In this document: positions 1 to 10,876 of the stretch, one piece after another
Layout of the letters: each line of letters begins with the position of its first letter
Position numbering within the stretch: position 1 is the first letter of the stretch
From: Candidatus Thorarchaeota archaeon
Lineage (GTDB): Archaea > Asgardarchaeota > Thorarchaeia > Thorarchaeales > Thorarchaeaceae
Assembly: GCA_048884965.1 (NCBI GenBank)
Contig: JBHLQH010000028.1
Coordinates: forward strand, 1-46,195
DNA length: 46,195 nucleotides
Direction of reading: 5' to 3'
Notes under the pieces: model-generated
What the model was told of the DNA's origin: nothing
The model's database searches: none
Seen by the model: only the letters and a program-made list of their open reading frames with translations
Translations under genes and position numbers: made by a program

Positions 1-891
1 GTTGATTTTGATCTTGCCTTTTCATATGAAAGGGTAATGCCTGGCAAGCTTCTCGAATTTATTATCAACATGCCTCGAGTTGTTGGTGGAATTACTCCAG
101 AAAGCACTGAAAGGGCTTTGGAATTATACTCGAAAGTTGTAAAAATGGAGATTTATACTACAGATACTCTAAGTGCAGAACTCTGTAAGACAATTGAGAA
201 TGCTTATCGAGATGTAAATATTGCTTTTTCAAATGAGATGGCACTTGTGTGTGAAAGCCTAGGTGTAAATGTATTTGAATTGATTAAACTCATCAACGCA
301 CGGGAAGATAGAATGATGCATATTCCAGGGGCAGGAGTGGGAGGCCATTGTTTACCGAAAGACCCATGGCTCCTCAGGTATGGATTATATGAATATGGTT
401 CTTGGAAGGTGGAGCCAGAATTCATTGCCTTAGCTAGAAGAATCAATAATCATATGCCTGTTCATATGTCGGATTTGATAGAGAATGCACTCCAGAGCAG
501 AAATGTGGGGATTCAAGATGCGACAGTAACAGTCTTAGGAGCGGCATATCTGGAGGATTCTGATGATACTAGAAATTCTCCAGCAGCAACTCTAATTGGA
601 TCATTGCAGGCCAAGGGAGCGAAGATTGTTCTGCACGATCCATTTGTACGTGATTGGGATCTTGGACCACAGGAGATCGAGAAGGATTTTGATAAAGCTG
701 CTACCAACTCTGACTGTTTAGCCTTGGTGACAAAACACCGGATGTATTATTCTATTGACCTCGATAGAACAAGGAATTTGATGAAAACCCCAGTAATTGT
801 TGATGGCCGAAATGTCTTCGATCGCAAGATTGTTGAGGAAAAGGGTTTCGAATACAGAGCAGTCGGAAAGGCGGGGATAAGAAGAAAGTAA
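1..891 (+). CDS. Nucleotide-sugar 6-dehydrogenase (UDP-glucose/GDP-mannose dehydrogenase family, WecC/WbpA-like), 5'-truncated by window edge
   Basis: Frame is open from base 1 (VDFDLAFSYERVMPGK), matching the interior of the downstream paralog. Contains KTIENAYRDVNIAF, catalytic GVGGHCLPKD and C-terminal VDGRN. Confidence 0.93.
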   Translation, partial: VDFDLAFSYERVMPGKLLEFIINMPRVVGGITPESTERALELYSKVVKMEIYTTDTLSAELCKTIENAYRDVNIAFSNEMALVCESLGVNVFELIKLINAREDRMMHIPGAGVGGHCLPKDPWLLRYGLYEYGSWKVEPEFIALARRINNHMPVHMSDLIENALQSRNVGIQDATVTVLGAAYLEDSDDTRNSPAATLIGSLQAKGAKIVLHDPFVRDWDLGPQEIEKDFDKAATNSDCLALVTKHRMYYSIDLDRTRNLMKTPVIVDGRNVFDRKIVEEKGFEYRAVGKAGIRRK

Positions 892-1013
892 TTTCGTAGT
901 TGATTTCGAGATTGTAGTTTAGATATCATCAAACTAGACACTATAAAAATATCTTTAAAGCCACCATTTGCCTCAAAATTAAACTTAGATAGCAAACTAC
1001 CTGAGGGTGGAAC

Positions 1014-2360
1014 ATGATTACAAAAATAGTAGTAATTGGTATGGGCTACGTAGGAATTCCAGCCGCTGCACTGTTGGCTGATGTGGATGGATTTGATGTG
1101 ACGGGACTGCAGCGACGATCACAACGCTCAGGCTGGAAGATAGATGTTCTCAACAAAGGCGAGTCACCTTTTGAGGGCAACGAACCAGGACTTGATGAGT
1201 TACTTCAAAGAGTTGTTTCAAAAGGAACTTTCAGAGTCACTGATAACACCGAGATTCTCAGTGAAGCTGATGTCATATTGATTGATGTTCAAACACCAAC
1301 GGATCCACAGAATGTTCCACTTTATCTTTCTCTCCGAGAAGTGTGTGCATCTATAGGCAAGAGAATGCGAAAAGGTACCTTGGTAATTGTTGAGTCAACC
1401 GTCGCCCCAGGCACAACTCAAAATGTCGTCCAAAAGATAATTGAGGAAGAGTCAGGTATGGTAGGCGGTACAGACTTTGATTTAGCTTTCTCATATGAAC
1501 GTGTTATGCCTGGAAAACTAATCCATAACATTGTCAACCTTCCTAGAGTGATTGGAGGAATTTCATCAGCTAGTGCGGAGAGAGCAGTCGATCTTTATTC
1601 AAAAATCTGTAAAGCGAACATTCGAGTAACAAATGTCCTTACAGCTGAGGTGTCAAAAACCATTGAAAACGCTTTCCGGGATGTTAACATAGCTTTTGCC
1701 AATGAAATGGCATTAGTTTGTGAAAGCTTGGGAGTAAATATCTACGAAGTCATTGAATTGGTAAATGAATTACCTAGTAGAATGATGCATATTCCAGGTG
1801 CTGGCGTTGGCGGACACTGCTTACCTAAAGACCCATGGTTGCTACGACACGGCCTCTATGAATATGGAAGCTGGAAAGTAGAACCAGAAATCATCTCATT
1901 GTCTAGAAGAATTAATGACTATATGCCCATTCATATGTCGTATTTGATTGAGAATGCATTGAATTTGAAAGGAAGGGCAATTCAATCGTCTATTGTAACC
2001 ATCTTAGGCGCCGCATATCTAGAGGATTCTGATGATACTCGAAATACTCCATCAGCAGCCTTAGTTGGATCTCTCGTAGCGAAGGGAGCACAAGTTAGAA
2101 TCCATGATCCTCATGTGGATCATTGGGAATACGGAGTCAATGGAATAGAGAAAGATCTAATGAAATCTATTGAAGGAACGGATTGCATTGCGCTCGTAAC
2201 CAAACACAAGGAATACTATGGCCTTGATATAGTGAATCTAAAATCAATAATGAGAACTCCTATAGTAGTGGACGGTAGAAATCTTTTCGATGCTGAGAGC
2301 CTAATAAGGAATGGATTTGAGTATCGAGGGATTGGTAAGGTTGGGATTAAGAGAAGATAA
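1014..2360 (+). CDS. Nucleotide-sugar 6-dehydrogenase (WecC/WbpA-like), tandem paralog
   Basis: Rossmann VIGMGYVG, ESTVAPGTT, ENAFRDVNIAFANE, GGHCLPKD; SD-like GAGGGTGG upstream. Confidence 0.95.
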   Translation: MITKIVVIGMGYVGIPAAALLADVDGFDVTGLQRRSQRSGWKIDVLNKGESPFEGNEPGLDELLQRVVSKGTFRVTDNTEILSEADVILIDVQTPTDPQNVPLYLSLREVCASIGKRMRKGTLVIVESTVAPGTTQNVVQKIIEEESGMVGGTDFDLAFSYERVMPGKLIHNIVNLPRVIGGISSASAERAVDLYSKICKANIRVTNVLTAEVSKTIENAFRDVNIAFANEMALVCESLGVNIYEVIELVNELPSRMMHIPGAGVGGHCLPKDPWLLRHGLYEYGSWKVEPEIISLSRRINDYMPIHMSYLIENALNLKGRAIQSSIVTILGAAYLEDSDDTRNTPSAALVGSLVAKGAQVRIHDPHVDHWEYGVNGIEKDLMKSIEGTDCIALVTKHKEYYGLDIVNLKSIMRTPIVVDGRNLFDAESLIRNGFEYRGIGKVGIKRR

Positions 2361-2561
2361 AAAACTAATCTCGTTGAAAACCCAATACACAAATCAAAGG
2401 ACCAATTACGAAAAATCAATATTGCTGTTTGGGGATGTCCTTCACCTCATAGTTATAGAGTCCCTAAATGCGATAAATTTGCACATACTTGAAACTAGAG
2501 AATTGAATTAAAAAACACAATTTTCATTAGGAACTATTGATGCTCGTTTTGAGAGTTAAGA

Positions 2562-4205
2562 ATGATTGAGTCTACAAAATCGCCGATTCAAAGAACCCTA
2601 CTTATAGTTCGTCGGTTATGGTGGGTTATCATACCTTGTGGCATTTTTCTAGTACTCATATCAGCATACCCAAGTGATCTCGCTGAGGATGCATATATCA
2701 TCCTCAGATATGCTCAAAATATCTCGCAAGGGCATGGCTTTGTTTGGAATGCTGGAGAGAATCCTGTTTGGGGATCCACCTCATTATTATGGACACTAAT
2801 CCTTTCGCTTGCTGGGTTTCTTGGCGCAGATCTAGTGGCATCCGCTCAGATTATCAATATTTTTTTGGGGCTTTTGTCAATTACTCTCATTTGCTGGTAC
2901 TCTTCAGTACATCTAAGGAGTTCAGCGTTTAGTGCATGTGTTGCAGCCTGCCTTCTATCATTGAGCACTTTAGTAGGTCATGTAATGATAGGATTTGATG
3001 TTGTTCTCTACTCATTACTCCTATTGATAACATACATCCTTATTCGAAGCATTGTCATAGAGAATGAAGAAGTAACAAAGAAATCAGCTCTAGGTTTACT
3101 CAGTTCTTGTTTCTTACTCTCATTGACAAGACCTGAAGGATTAGTTATTGGGGGCCTATCGATTGCTATTGTTGTACTATTGGGACCAAGGGATAGGATT
3201 GTATCTCGTTTTAGGATATTCTTGGTACCATTTGCTTTGCTGCTGATGCTTTTCTTTGTTAGTACATTCCTGTACTTTGGTACAATTGTTCCGAATCCAT
3301 TTGTTATCAAAAGTTCAGGATTCTCAATCAATCAATTATCGATGACAAGAATGCTGTCATATATCTCGACAAGCACGTCAATATTCGGAGTTTTATGCTT
3401 CACAGTTTGGCTTCTGAATCTGGAAGAAAGGATTGCATTCAAACATCTCATAATTCTTGTACCAATCATTGGAGGTTTCATTTCTGATCTATTTATCACC
3501 CAAACTCAAAATATCATTCTAAGATTTCAATTTCCAATAACCCCACTACTGCTTCTGCTGATACCACCAGGTTTGGATGTCATGACTTCAAAAATCGAAA
3601 TGGGTTATTCTTTCATTAGGAAAATTAAATTGAGGCAGTTCCATGACCTCTTGAAGCCATTGATGTTGACTTTCTTTGTAATCATTCTATTTTACTCTCA
3701 ATTTGGCATTACTAGAGCATATATTCCATATAGTGAAGGGACCGATAAGATTTCTACTGGGAGGTTTCTGAGAAACTATAGAGAATTCAATTATACAATT
3801 GTCGTAACCGAAGCAGGGATGATACCATATTACTCTGAATGGAGAGTGATTGATGCATGGGGATTGAATGATCCCATCATAGCACTATCAGGAATCAATG
3901 AAGAATTCCTAGAAGGTGAACATCCAGAGGTTGTACAGTTTCATGAATATTATTCGAACTACACTGAAGATTGGGAAAATAGTACTAGTCCTTGGAATAT
4001 AATGACATGGACTCTCAAAGAATATTGCACCAAAAGCAACTACACTCTTGCTGCTATCATGGAATATAGAACAATAATTGGAGGGAATCCGAGTATTGTT
4101 AGCTACCAGTGGTATTTTGTTTCACCATATTTCTTACATTCACTTGAAATCATAGAAGGTCTCTCCAGCCTTTCAAGTGTGGAATACTTCTATCGAGTAT
4201 TCTAA
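2562..4205 (+). CDS. Polytopic GT-C-fold glycosyltransferase, AftB/GT89-like
   Basis: First-loop motif EDAYIILRYAQNISQGHGFVWNAGENPVWGSTSLLW, LTRPEG, many TM segments, and a soluble C-terminal part with AGMIPYY..IDAWGLND. Confidence 0.7.
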   Translation: MIESTKSPIQRTLLIVRRLWWVIIPCGIFLVLISAYPSDLAEDAYIILRYAQNISQGHGFVWNAGENPVWGSTSLLWTLILSLAGFLGADLVASAQIINIFLGLLSITLICWYSSVHLRSSAFSACVAACLLSLSTLVGHVMIGFDVVLYSLLLLITYILIRSIVIENEEVTKKSALGLLSSCFLLSLTRPEGLVIGGLSIAIVVLLGPRDRIVSRFRIFLVPFALLLMLFFVSTFLYFGTIVPNPFVIKSSGFSINQLSMTRMLSYISTSTSIFGVLCFTVWLLNLEERIAFKHLIILVPIIGGFISDLFITQTQNIILRFQFPITPLLLLLIPPGLDVMTSKIEMGYSFIRKIKLRQFHDLLKPLMLTFFVIILFYSQFGITRAYIPYSEGTDKISTGRFLRNYREFNYTIVVTEAGMIPYYSEWRVIDAWGLNDPIIALSGINEEFLEGEHPEVVQFHEYYSNYTEDWENSTSPWNIMTWTLKEYCTKSNYTLAAIMEYRTIIGGNPSIVSYQWYFVSPYFLHSLEIIEGLSSLSSVEYFYRVF

Positions 4206-4278
4206 TAGGAATATGAATCTGTAATTCTCACTCAAAGAGTATCGAATGAGATTTATTGTTAAGAATTATTGACTCAGT

Positions 4279-6015
4279 ATGCAAAATAATCGAAAGCAGC
4301 TAGTTTTGATGATTTGCTCAATTATCATTGTCGTATATATTGTATGGAGAACATTAAGTATTACAGCACCGTCAGAAGATTTCTTATACATAATCTCGAG
4401 AATCAAATTCGAGTCACTTGCGACTAGCTTCTATAACATAATTATGGGTTTGCTTTCGTTCATATTTTTCCTTGTCGTTCCAGGCCTTCCCTTTTTCATG
4501 AAGTGCATTGATGGGAATATCAAGAACTTGGAGATTAGCTTGATTTTCTGCATCGTCTATGCATCGGTTGGTATGTATTTTTGGATTCTATTTTTGATGA
4601 TTATCAATGCGAGTGTGTTGACCCCGTTTGGACCATTCCTTCTTCTATCACTTGCACTCCATTTGCCGTCTATTGGAACGAAACCAAAAAAGAGATCTGA
4701 AAATGATGAGGTACAGACTCAGGGAATCTTTGGAGTCAAGATTAAGCCACAAATAGGTGCTTTCTTGTTTGTATTCCTTCTTATTGTGTTGTTTCGTGTA
4801 CTTTTGTATTCGATCTATGTAGTGGAATTCAGCGATGGACTAATTTACGATTTTCATATCAATGCAATCGCAAATAATAGTTATTTGAGGGATCCAGAAT
4901 TTGCACGTAGAGCACCATTATATTCTATTATCGCGTATCAGTTTTCTTGGTTTCTCCCAACAGCTATAGATGCTTTGAAGTGTGTTTCCTTTGTATTCTC
5001 GTTAGCCATCATATTTCCCGCTATTTCAATTATGAAAACACTTTCTGGAAAAGAAAAAATTGATACTGGTACCTATATTCTGCTAGTACTGATTCTTTTT
5101 ACTTATAGTTGGATTAACCTGCTATCAGTGGTGAATCTTCAAGATGTACTGCTATCATTTTACACTATTTCATTCATAGCCATAATGCTCACAAAAGAAG
5201 CATTTTCAGAGATTCTTGGTGGAGCTTGTGGTGCACTTGCATTTCTATCAAGATATTCACTAGGTGTGCTTGCACCAATTGGATTTCTTTTCATACTCGT
5301 TCATAAGGAGAATCACAGAATCAGGATTGGATTGAGATTCATAATCACTTGGAGCTTAATCGCTATCTCATGGATACTTAGAAATTTGCTTGTCGCAGGA
5401 GTGCTTCTCTCGATAACAGATGAAGCACGATTGAGCCTCAATCATCTATATAATGGCCTAACAAATTCAATTGCTCATCTTCTAATGAATGATATATATG
5501 GTGTCAATATGCTCATTGTATGGATTCCAGCAGCCATAATGCTTGTTTTGTCTTTCTTTCGTAGACAAGGAAGAAAGCATCTTGCGCCTTTTTATTCAAG
5601 GGAGTATGCGTTCATATTCTTAGTCATGGTATCGCAAATTTTTGTTATTTCACTATTTGAGTCCTATCAATCAAGATTCCTCCTCTCAGTGATCTGGATT
5701 ATTCCCATTTTTTGGATTCATCTGAATACAAAATTGAATGTTCAAGGGATAGGAATACTGGCACTTGGATGGATTGTATTCAACATGCTCCATTGTATCA
5801 ATATCTTTAGAGTGTACTGGCTTTTCACTGAAGGAGTGTTACCACCTGGAGATTGGACATGGGATTACCAAATATCTGAAGCGATGATGCCTACAGAATT
5901 GAATGTAGTAATGGGATTGATATCTCTTATTTCACTACTAGTCGTTTCAACGCTATTGAGTAAAATCGGAAAAGAAGTAGGAGTAAACCCATATTCTGAT
6001 GATTGTGTAAAATAG
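4279..6015 (+). CDS. Polytopic membrane protein, probable GT-C (PMT/ArnT-like) glycosyltransferase
   Basis: More than 10 hydrophobic segments; acidic loop FSDGLIYD followed by RAPLYS; LAFLSRY; QSRFLL; glycosylation-cluster context. Confidence 0.55.
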   Translation: MQNNRKQLVLMICSIIIVVYIVWRTLSITAPSEDFLYIISRIKFESLATSFYNIIMGLLSFIFFLVVPGLPFFMKCIDGNIKNLEISLIFCIVYASVGMYFWILFLMIINASVLTPFGPFLLLSLALHLPSIGTKPKKRSENDEVQTQGIFGVKIKPQIGAFLFVFLLIVLFRVLLYSIYVVEFSDGLIYDFHINAIANNSYLRDPEFARRAPLYSIIAYQFSWFLPTAIDALKCVSFVFSLAIIFPAISIMKTLSGKEKIDTGTYILLVLILFTYSWINLLSVVNLQDVLLSFYTISFIAIMLTKEAFSEILGGACGALAFLSRYSLGVLAPIGFLFILVHKENHRIRIGLRFIITWSLIAISWILRNLLVAGVLLSITDEARLSLNHLYNGLTNSIAHLLMNDIYGVNMLIVWIPAAIMLVLSFFRRQGRKHLAPFYSREYAFIFLVMVSQIFVISLFESYQSRFLLSVIWIIPIFWIHLNTKLNVQGIGILALGWIVFNMLHCINIFRVYWLFTEGVLPPGDWTWDYQISEAMMPTELNVVMGLISLISLLVVSTLLSKIGKEVGVNPYSDDCVK

Positions 6016-6111
6016 AGTACCTCGTTTTAGAGATATTTCTTCGCTGATAGTACACGATTGTGTATCTAACAGAAGCTCGGATGATATGCACAATTCCGAA
6101 TTCATTGATAC

Positions 6112-7629
6112 CTAGATATTAGAATCTCTACGGCCAAATAGCATGTTTAGAATGAGGCGAATTTCACTAACTCGAACAACTCGCATTCCAAAGACAATGA
6201 GTAAGAATGCACAAAGACAAGCGATTCCTGGCAGTGGATATAGGAAACCTTGAATTGTAAGAAGGTAGTAAACCACAGAACAGCCTATGAATGAGATCAT
6301 AAGATTAGCAGCTATTCGTTTAGGAACAAAAATGGGATAGAATTTGTTTCCTGCTATTGCAGTTAAAATCAAAATGGAAAATGCGTTCAAAAGAAGCGCT
6401 AGTGCTGCTCCAACCAAACCAATTAATGAAACTAATAATGGACAAAGAGCAAAGAATATTCCTAGAGCTACAATATGGATTGCTCCAGTGTATTCAGTTC
6501 TCTCAGCTAGATCTATTCGTAATTTCCAGAAATACGAGAGATAGATTACAGCTACTGAAGTGACTGTTAACGGAACAAGAGCAATGGCATCTAGATATGC
6601 AGTTGATGATAGAATTTCGATTATTAGGGAAGCAAATACCGACATGCCAATTACAAAGAAACCAGATAGAACTACAAAAAGAATAATCAACTTCTCTGTA
6701 AGCACACGAGCCTCATCAAAGCAATTATTCTCAAATGTGTTAATGATATACGCTTGGTATGCTGTAAAGGGCGGACCGATAGCTAAAGACAAAATGCTTG
6801 AGATTGTTAGTGCGATGGCTAGTGTTGAAATTTGATCAAAGCCTAATAGAAGCATAACAAAGTAATTCGCTAGGACAGGGATTACAGTTGAAGAAGAAGT
6901 GACAAAAAGATTTGGACTTCCAAAACGGAGCGATATTTTCAAGTTAGTAGTCTGAGGTCGCTCAACGCCATACCTCCGAAGTTGAATACCTAACGCAACC
7001 ATAGCTGGGATTGAAAAACCGATTCCAAGACCTAATAGTGAGCTAAGAGACGTATTGAAGAATATAACAAAGAGTGTGCTAGAAATAGTTGATAAAATGC
7101 TGAAGAAAAGGTTGTATGAAACAATCTCTCTTGCATTTTGTTCAGTGCCAGATACAACTAAAATGAACTCCTTCAAAACTAGCGCGGAAGCAAGGAAAGT
7201 TGAGAAGGCAAGAGAGATTTCGTAATAGGGCTCTATTGATATTTGGAATCCAAATAAGAAGAAAGAGAAATAGAGAATAAGCACACAAATTGACAGCGTT
7301 AGAAAGCCTCCAAAATAGGAGGTGGATAAGAGGCTCGCTGCTTCCTTTTTTGATTTCAATCGTCGTGTTTCCATGAACCTCCAGAGAGAAGCACTATAGG
7401 GACTAGTAGAAGTGACAGCGAGAAAAGTGACAAGTGCGAACCAAAGGGAATAAGATGAGAATTCTGCTTTTGGGAGAATATTTGTTAGTATTTTTGTAAG
7501 CACCAATGATAGAGCTCGGGCAATAATTGCGGCGATGAATGCTGAACTGAGATGAGATCCGAATTTTCTAAGATTTGTGCGTTCTGAAAGATTGTCTTTG
7601 TTTGAAATATCTGCATTTGAATGATTCAT
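6112..7629 (-). CDS. Oligosaccharide flippase (Wzx/MOP family)
   Basis: 505 aa with ~12-14 TM; N-terminal ILTNILPKAEFSSYSL matches the Wzx pattern; LRFGSPNL in the second half. Confidence 0.8.
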   Translation of the reverse strand: MNHSNADISNKDNLSERTNLRKFGSHLSSAFIAAIIARALSLVLTKILTNILPKAEFSSYSLWFALVTFLAVTSTSPYSASLWRFMETRRLKSKKEAASLLSTSYFGGFLTLSICVLILYFSFFLFGFQISIEPYYEISLAFSTFLASALVLKEFILVVSGTEQNAREIVSYNLFFSILSTISSTLFVIFFNTSLSSLLGLGIGFSIPAMVALGIQLRRYGVERPQTTNLKISLRFGSPNLFVTSSSTVIPVLANYFVMLLLGFDQISTLAIALTISSILSLAIGPPFTAYQAYIINTFENNCFDEARVLTEKLIILFVVLSGFFVIGMSVFASLIIEILSSTAYLDAIALVPLTVTSVAVIYLSYFWKLRIDLAERTEYTGAIHIVALGIFFALCPLLVSLIGLVGAALALLLNAFSILILTAIAGNKFYPIFVPKRIAANLMISFIGCSVVYYLLTIQGFLYPLPGIACLCAFLLIVFGMRVVRVSEIRLILNMLFGRRDSNI

Positions 7630-7730
7630 CTTTTATTCATCTCACAAAGAATGATGCAGTAGCTGATCGTGGAAAACTACAACAAAAGAGCAATCGTTTA
7701 CTATTTAGCACTTTTCCATCAAGAGAACCT

Positions 7731-8858
7731 TTAGTGTCTGGCTCTTGGAAATTTCTTGATTGCTTGGGCAATTAATTGATGTAGGATGCTTTGGAATACG
7801 GATTCTCTTTGTGAGTATAGTAGGCATTTGCAGGTTTCTAATCCGTTCTTTCTAATTTCCATTGAGTAATCTGGATTATCTAGCAGGAGCAACGCATTTT
7901 CAACATATTTCTGAACATTATTGAAAGGTCTGACAAGGAAGCCATTAGAACCGTGTTTGATAAACGATGAAATATCACCAACATCGGAAGAGATGACATT
8001 AACTCCATTACAGACAGCCTCAGCAATAGTTGTTGGGAATCCCTCTGTTGACGATGTCAAGAGAAATATCGATGACGAGTTTAGCAAGTGAATCAGGTTT
8101 TCATCGGGAACCCAACCCAAGAATTCAACTTGGTCAGTTATGTCAAGTTGTTTTGCCATCGCTTTTAGATTTGCCATTTCGGGTCCAATGCCAGCAATAA
8201 CAGCTCTTATCGGCCTACGTTCAGAGATCTCCTTAATGACCTGCAGAAAAACATCAAGATGCTTTTCCCAAGAGAGACGTGTCAGAGTGATGATGTCGAT
8301 AGTTTTCGGTAGATTGAGATATTTATAGCGGGAGGTGCTAATCACCGATGGTGAAGCATATATCCGGTCTGATGGAATGCCAACATTTGCCAGTCGTTTC
8401 TTGCTGGATTCTCCAGTTGTAGTAATGATGTCTGCATGCATGGCAGATCTATACGCGAATGGACGTTCCATCAGATTCGCTTGTTTTGAGGCGTATTTCC
8501 TTAGGAGTAATCCTCCATACGATTCGCTTACTAAATGCAGCACGAGCGGTTTCCTGAATATCTTAGATAGAGCATACCCATAATATCCTTGAGGGGACAT
8601 ATGAACAGAACAAATGATGTCAGGATTATATGATATGCATAGGAAAAATGAGTAGATTAATTGAAGAAGAGACCTTAGCAGTGGGATTTTATCTACAATG
8701 TAGTGAAATGTGACGTAATGCACCTTTGGATGGAAAAGCCCTGTCTTTCCACGGACGACAGTAACTGATGAAACAGACTTCAAATTCCCCCAGACATGAG
8801 AGAAAGAAGCTTCGATATCATTACTCATCCGACATATTATTAGTATTTTCACCTTCAT
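7731..8858 (-). CDS. Glycosyltransferase family 4 (GT-B)
   Basis: RLSWEKH, IAGIGPE, EX7E motif EGFPTTIAE, SDVGDI, NGFLV. Confidence 0.92.
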   Translation of the reverse strand: MKVKILIICRMSNDIEASFSHVWGNLKSVSSVTVVRGKTGLFHPKVHYVTFHYIVDKIPLLRSLLQLIYSFFLCISYNPDIICSVHMSPQGYYGYALSKIFRKPLVLHLVSESYGGLLLRKYASKQANLMERPFAYRSAMHADIITTTGESSKKRLANVGIPSDRIYASPSVISTSRYKYLNLPKTIDIITLTRLSWEKHLDVFLQVIKEISERRPIRAVIAGIGPEMANLKAMAKQLDITDQVEFLGWVPDENLIHLLNSSSIFLLTSSTEGFPTTIAEAVCNGVNVISSDVGDISSFIKHGSNGFLVRPFNNVQKYVENALLLLDNPDYSMEIRKNGLETCKCLLYSQRESVFQSILHQLIAQAIKKFPRARH

Positions 8859-8919
8859 CCTCTAATTCTACCTTGAGTGGATTGAAATATCTATTCTTTT
8901 CTTTCGAAGAGTTGAATAT

Positions 8920-10812
8920 CTAAATTAATTCATAGACCGAGAAATCCCTTGTTTCAAAAACAATAGGCGCATTTAGGGTTTGTAGAAACATCGACTCAAA
9001 AGCTCCTCCAGACTCATAGAAGGCCTCATTGCTACCCTTTATGCCAATAATAAATTTCATATTCAATTTCAAGAGTATAGTTTGAATTTCTGAGTCTGAA
9101 TAATTCCCTTCCATTATTTGAAACCACAGATTGCGAGGACTTAGTGGATATTTGAGCCATATGACATCAAAAGGATTCTCAATAATGCTAAATGTTGAAT
9201 TTTGAAGCACATCATCTTGATTAATATAACCTGAAATAAGAATACCTGTCCCATGTCCATCAGATAAGCAACCTACCTCTGCATATGCAGCGATACGAAC
9301 TTCAAGATAATAGTTTGAAGATATTATCATAGAATAATTCTGATCATTATTATTGTAATCTCGAATGAATTCCGCTATAGCGAGTTCTTGATCGCTAACA
9401 GATAAGGGGATAGAAATACCATTAACATCATTCGTTTGTCGCATATCACTATTCGATAGCGTGACAACTAGAATTATAATTATTACAGTAACTAACTTCA
9501 CGCGGGTTTCTGACGAAGGATTTAGTTGGAATGACTTGAAGTAAGAAGGAGAACTATGCGTGTAGATCCCTATCAAAAGCAGACTCATAAGAATGATTGG
9601 AGTCAATATTCCGTAAAGACCAATCTCACGCCAAAAAACATTGTAGAAACTGAAGAATACAGCAAATGAAGCTGCTTGAAAGAACAAGATAAGTAAGTAG
9701 GATAACCTGCTTTTCATTCTATCGAAACCATACAAAGAGAGACAGACTACAATTGGAGCTAGTATATGTCGTGAGTAAGCAGGAAGAACAAGGAAAAAAG
9801 TGAAAGGAAGGACCATCACGAGAAGGTGGAAATTGTTTGAATTCATGATCGTAGAATCATCGCTTATCCAAATCTCTCGGAGAATGCTAAATATGGAAAA
9901 TACACTCAGAAAAACAGCAGGTCCAAAAAACAGGAAGTAATCTACAAAGAAACCGACAAGACCTCGCAGAAATTCAGAGGAAATATCCGGAAGTACTGAG
10001 GCAGGAAGAGAGTTTTTCGGAGAGAATCCAAATATCGCTATTGAAGAAACAATCAAAATGGTTGCTATTGCCACGAACAAGATTACCGTGAACTTGTTTG
10101 TCCTAAGGAAAGAAAATTTGATAGTCAATTCATATCTATTTGCAAACCACGAAATGAATTTCACCATTAGAACCGCGAAAATGAAAAGTCCGAAAGCAAA
10201 AGCTGCTCGATGGAACAGCATCATCATGAACACCAGTAGCAACGAGTGAAGAAAATACTTGGTAGAATTAGTCCGATACCATTTCAGTAGACAGATAATA
10301 AACAATGGAGCTAATACAAGCATAGGAGCCCGACTTGTAGGGGTGTTGTATGTGAATTGATAGACGATTGGAAGGAACTGATAGACAAGGACACCTAGAA
10401 GCTGAATCCTCTGATCCTCGAAAAGATATCGAAATAGTAAGAAAGAGGTTACTCCTGCCAGAACACAGAAGATAACAACATAAATTGATACTGCAACCTC
10501 TAATGGAAGACCAGTAGCAAGGATTAGAGAGAATAGCAAGATTGACCCTATTGGATACCCTGAAAACGATACCATGCCTAGATATGAGAGGGGATGAACA
10601 AGCCAGAAAGAGGAAAATCCATTCAATAGATCGTTCGATTCTATTATTAGTGTAAATCCATCATAACCTTGGACGCTAGATTGCCTTGGGAGATGAAGTA
10701 TAATGCTAAGTAGAAGTACTAATGCAAAAAGGATGTAAATTTTATTTCTCTGTAGTGTTTCTAAGAATAATCCTTTTAGTTTGGATTTCTCTTGTTTCTT
10801 TGATTCATCCAT
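8920..10812 (-). CDS. Polytopic membrane protein, probable GT-C-fold glycosyltransferase
   Basis: Many TM; first loop QGYDGF...FSGYPIG; LFHR; soluble C-terminal domain starting VSDQELAIAEFI and ending DFSVYE, typical of GT-C extracellular domains. Confidence 0.5.
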   Translation of the reverse strand: MDESKKQEKSKLKGLFLETLQRNKIYILFALVLLLSIILHLPRQSSVQGYDGFTLIIESNDLLNGFSSFWLVHPLSYLGMVSFSGYPIGSILLFSLILATGLPLEVAVSIYVVIFCVLAGVTSFLLFRYLFEDQRIQLLGVLVYQFLPIVYQFTYNTPTSRAPMLVLAPLFIICLLKWYRTNSTKYFLHSLLLVFMMMLFHRAAFAFGLFIFAVLMVKFISWFANRYELTIKFSFLRTNKFTVILFVAIATILIVSSIAIFGFSPKNSLPASVLPDISSEFLRGLVGFFVDYFLFFGPAVFLSVFSIFSILREIWISDDSTIMNSNNFHLLVMVLPFTFFLVLPAYSRHILAPIVVCLSLYGFDRMKSRLSYLLILFFQAASFAVFFSFYNVFWREIGLYGILTPIILMSLLLIGIYTHSSPSYFKSFQLNPSSETRVKLVTVIIIILVVTLSNSDMRQTNDVNGISIPLSVSDQELAIAEFIRDYNNNDQNYSMIISSNYYLEVRIAAYAEVGCLSDGHGTGILISGYINQDDVLQNSTFSIIENPFDVIWLKYPLSPRNLWFQIMEGNYSDSEIQTILLKLNMKFIIGIKGSNEAFYESGGAFESMFLQTLNAPIVFETRDFSVYELI

Positions 10813-10876
10813 ACTATTTTAGCATCTCCCTATCAGTAGCTTCCAAAGGTTAGCGGTTTCGGAAATTGGATTCTAC

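Noticed and set aside
2311-2511. 66-aa ORF spanning the 2361-2561 gap
   Set aside because: Starts inside the upstream gene, has no motif, and the gap is AT-rich promoter/terminator-like sequence.
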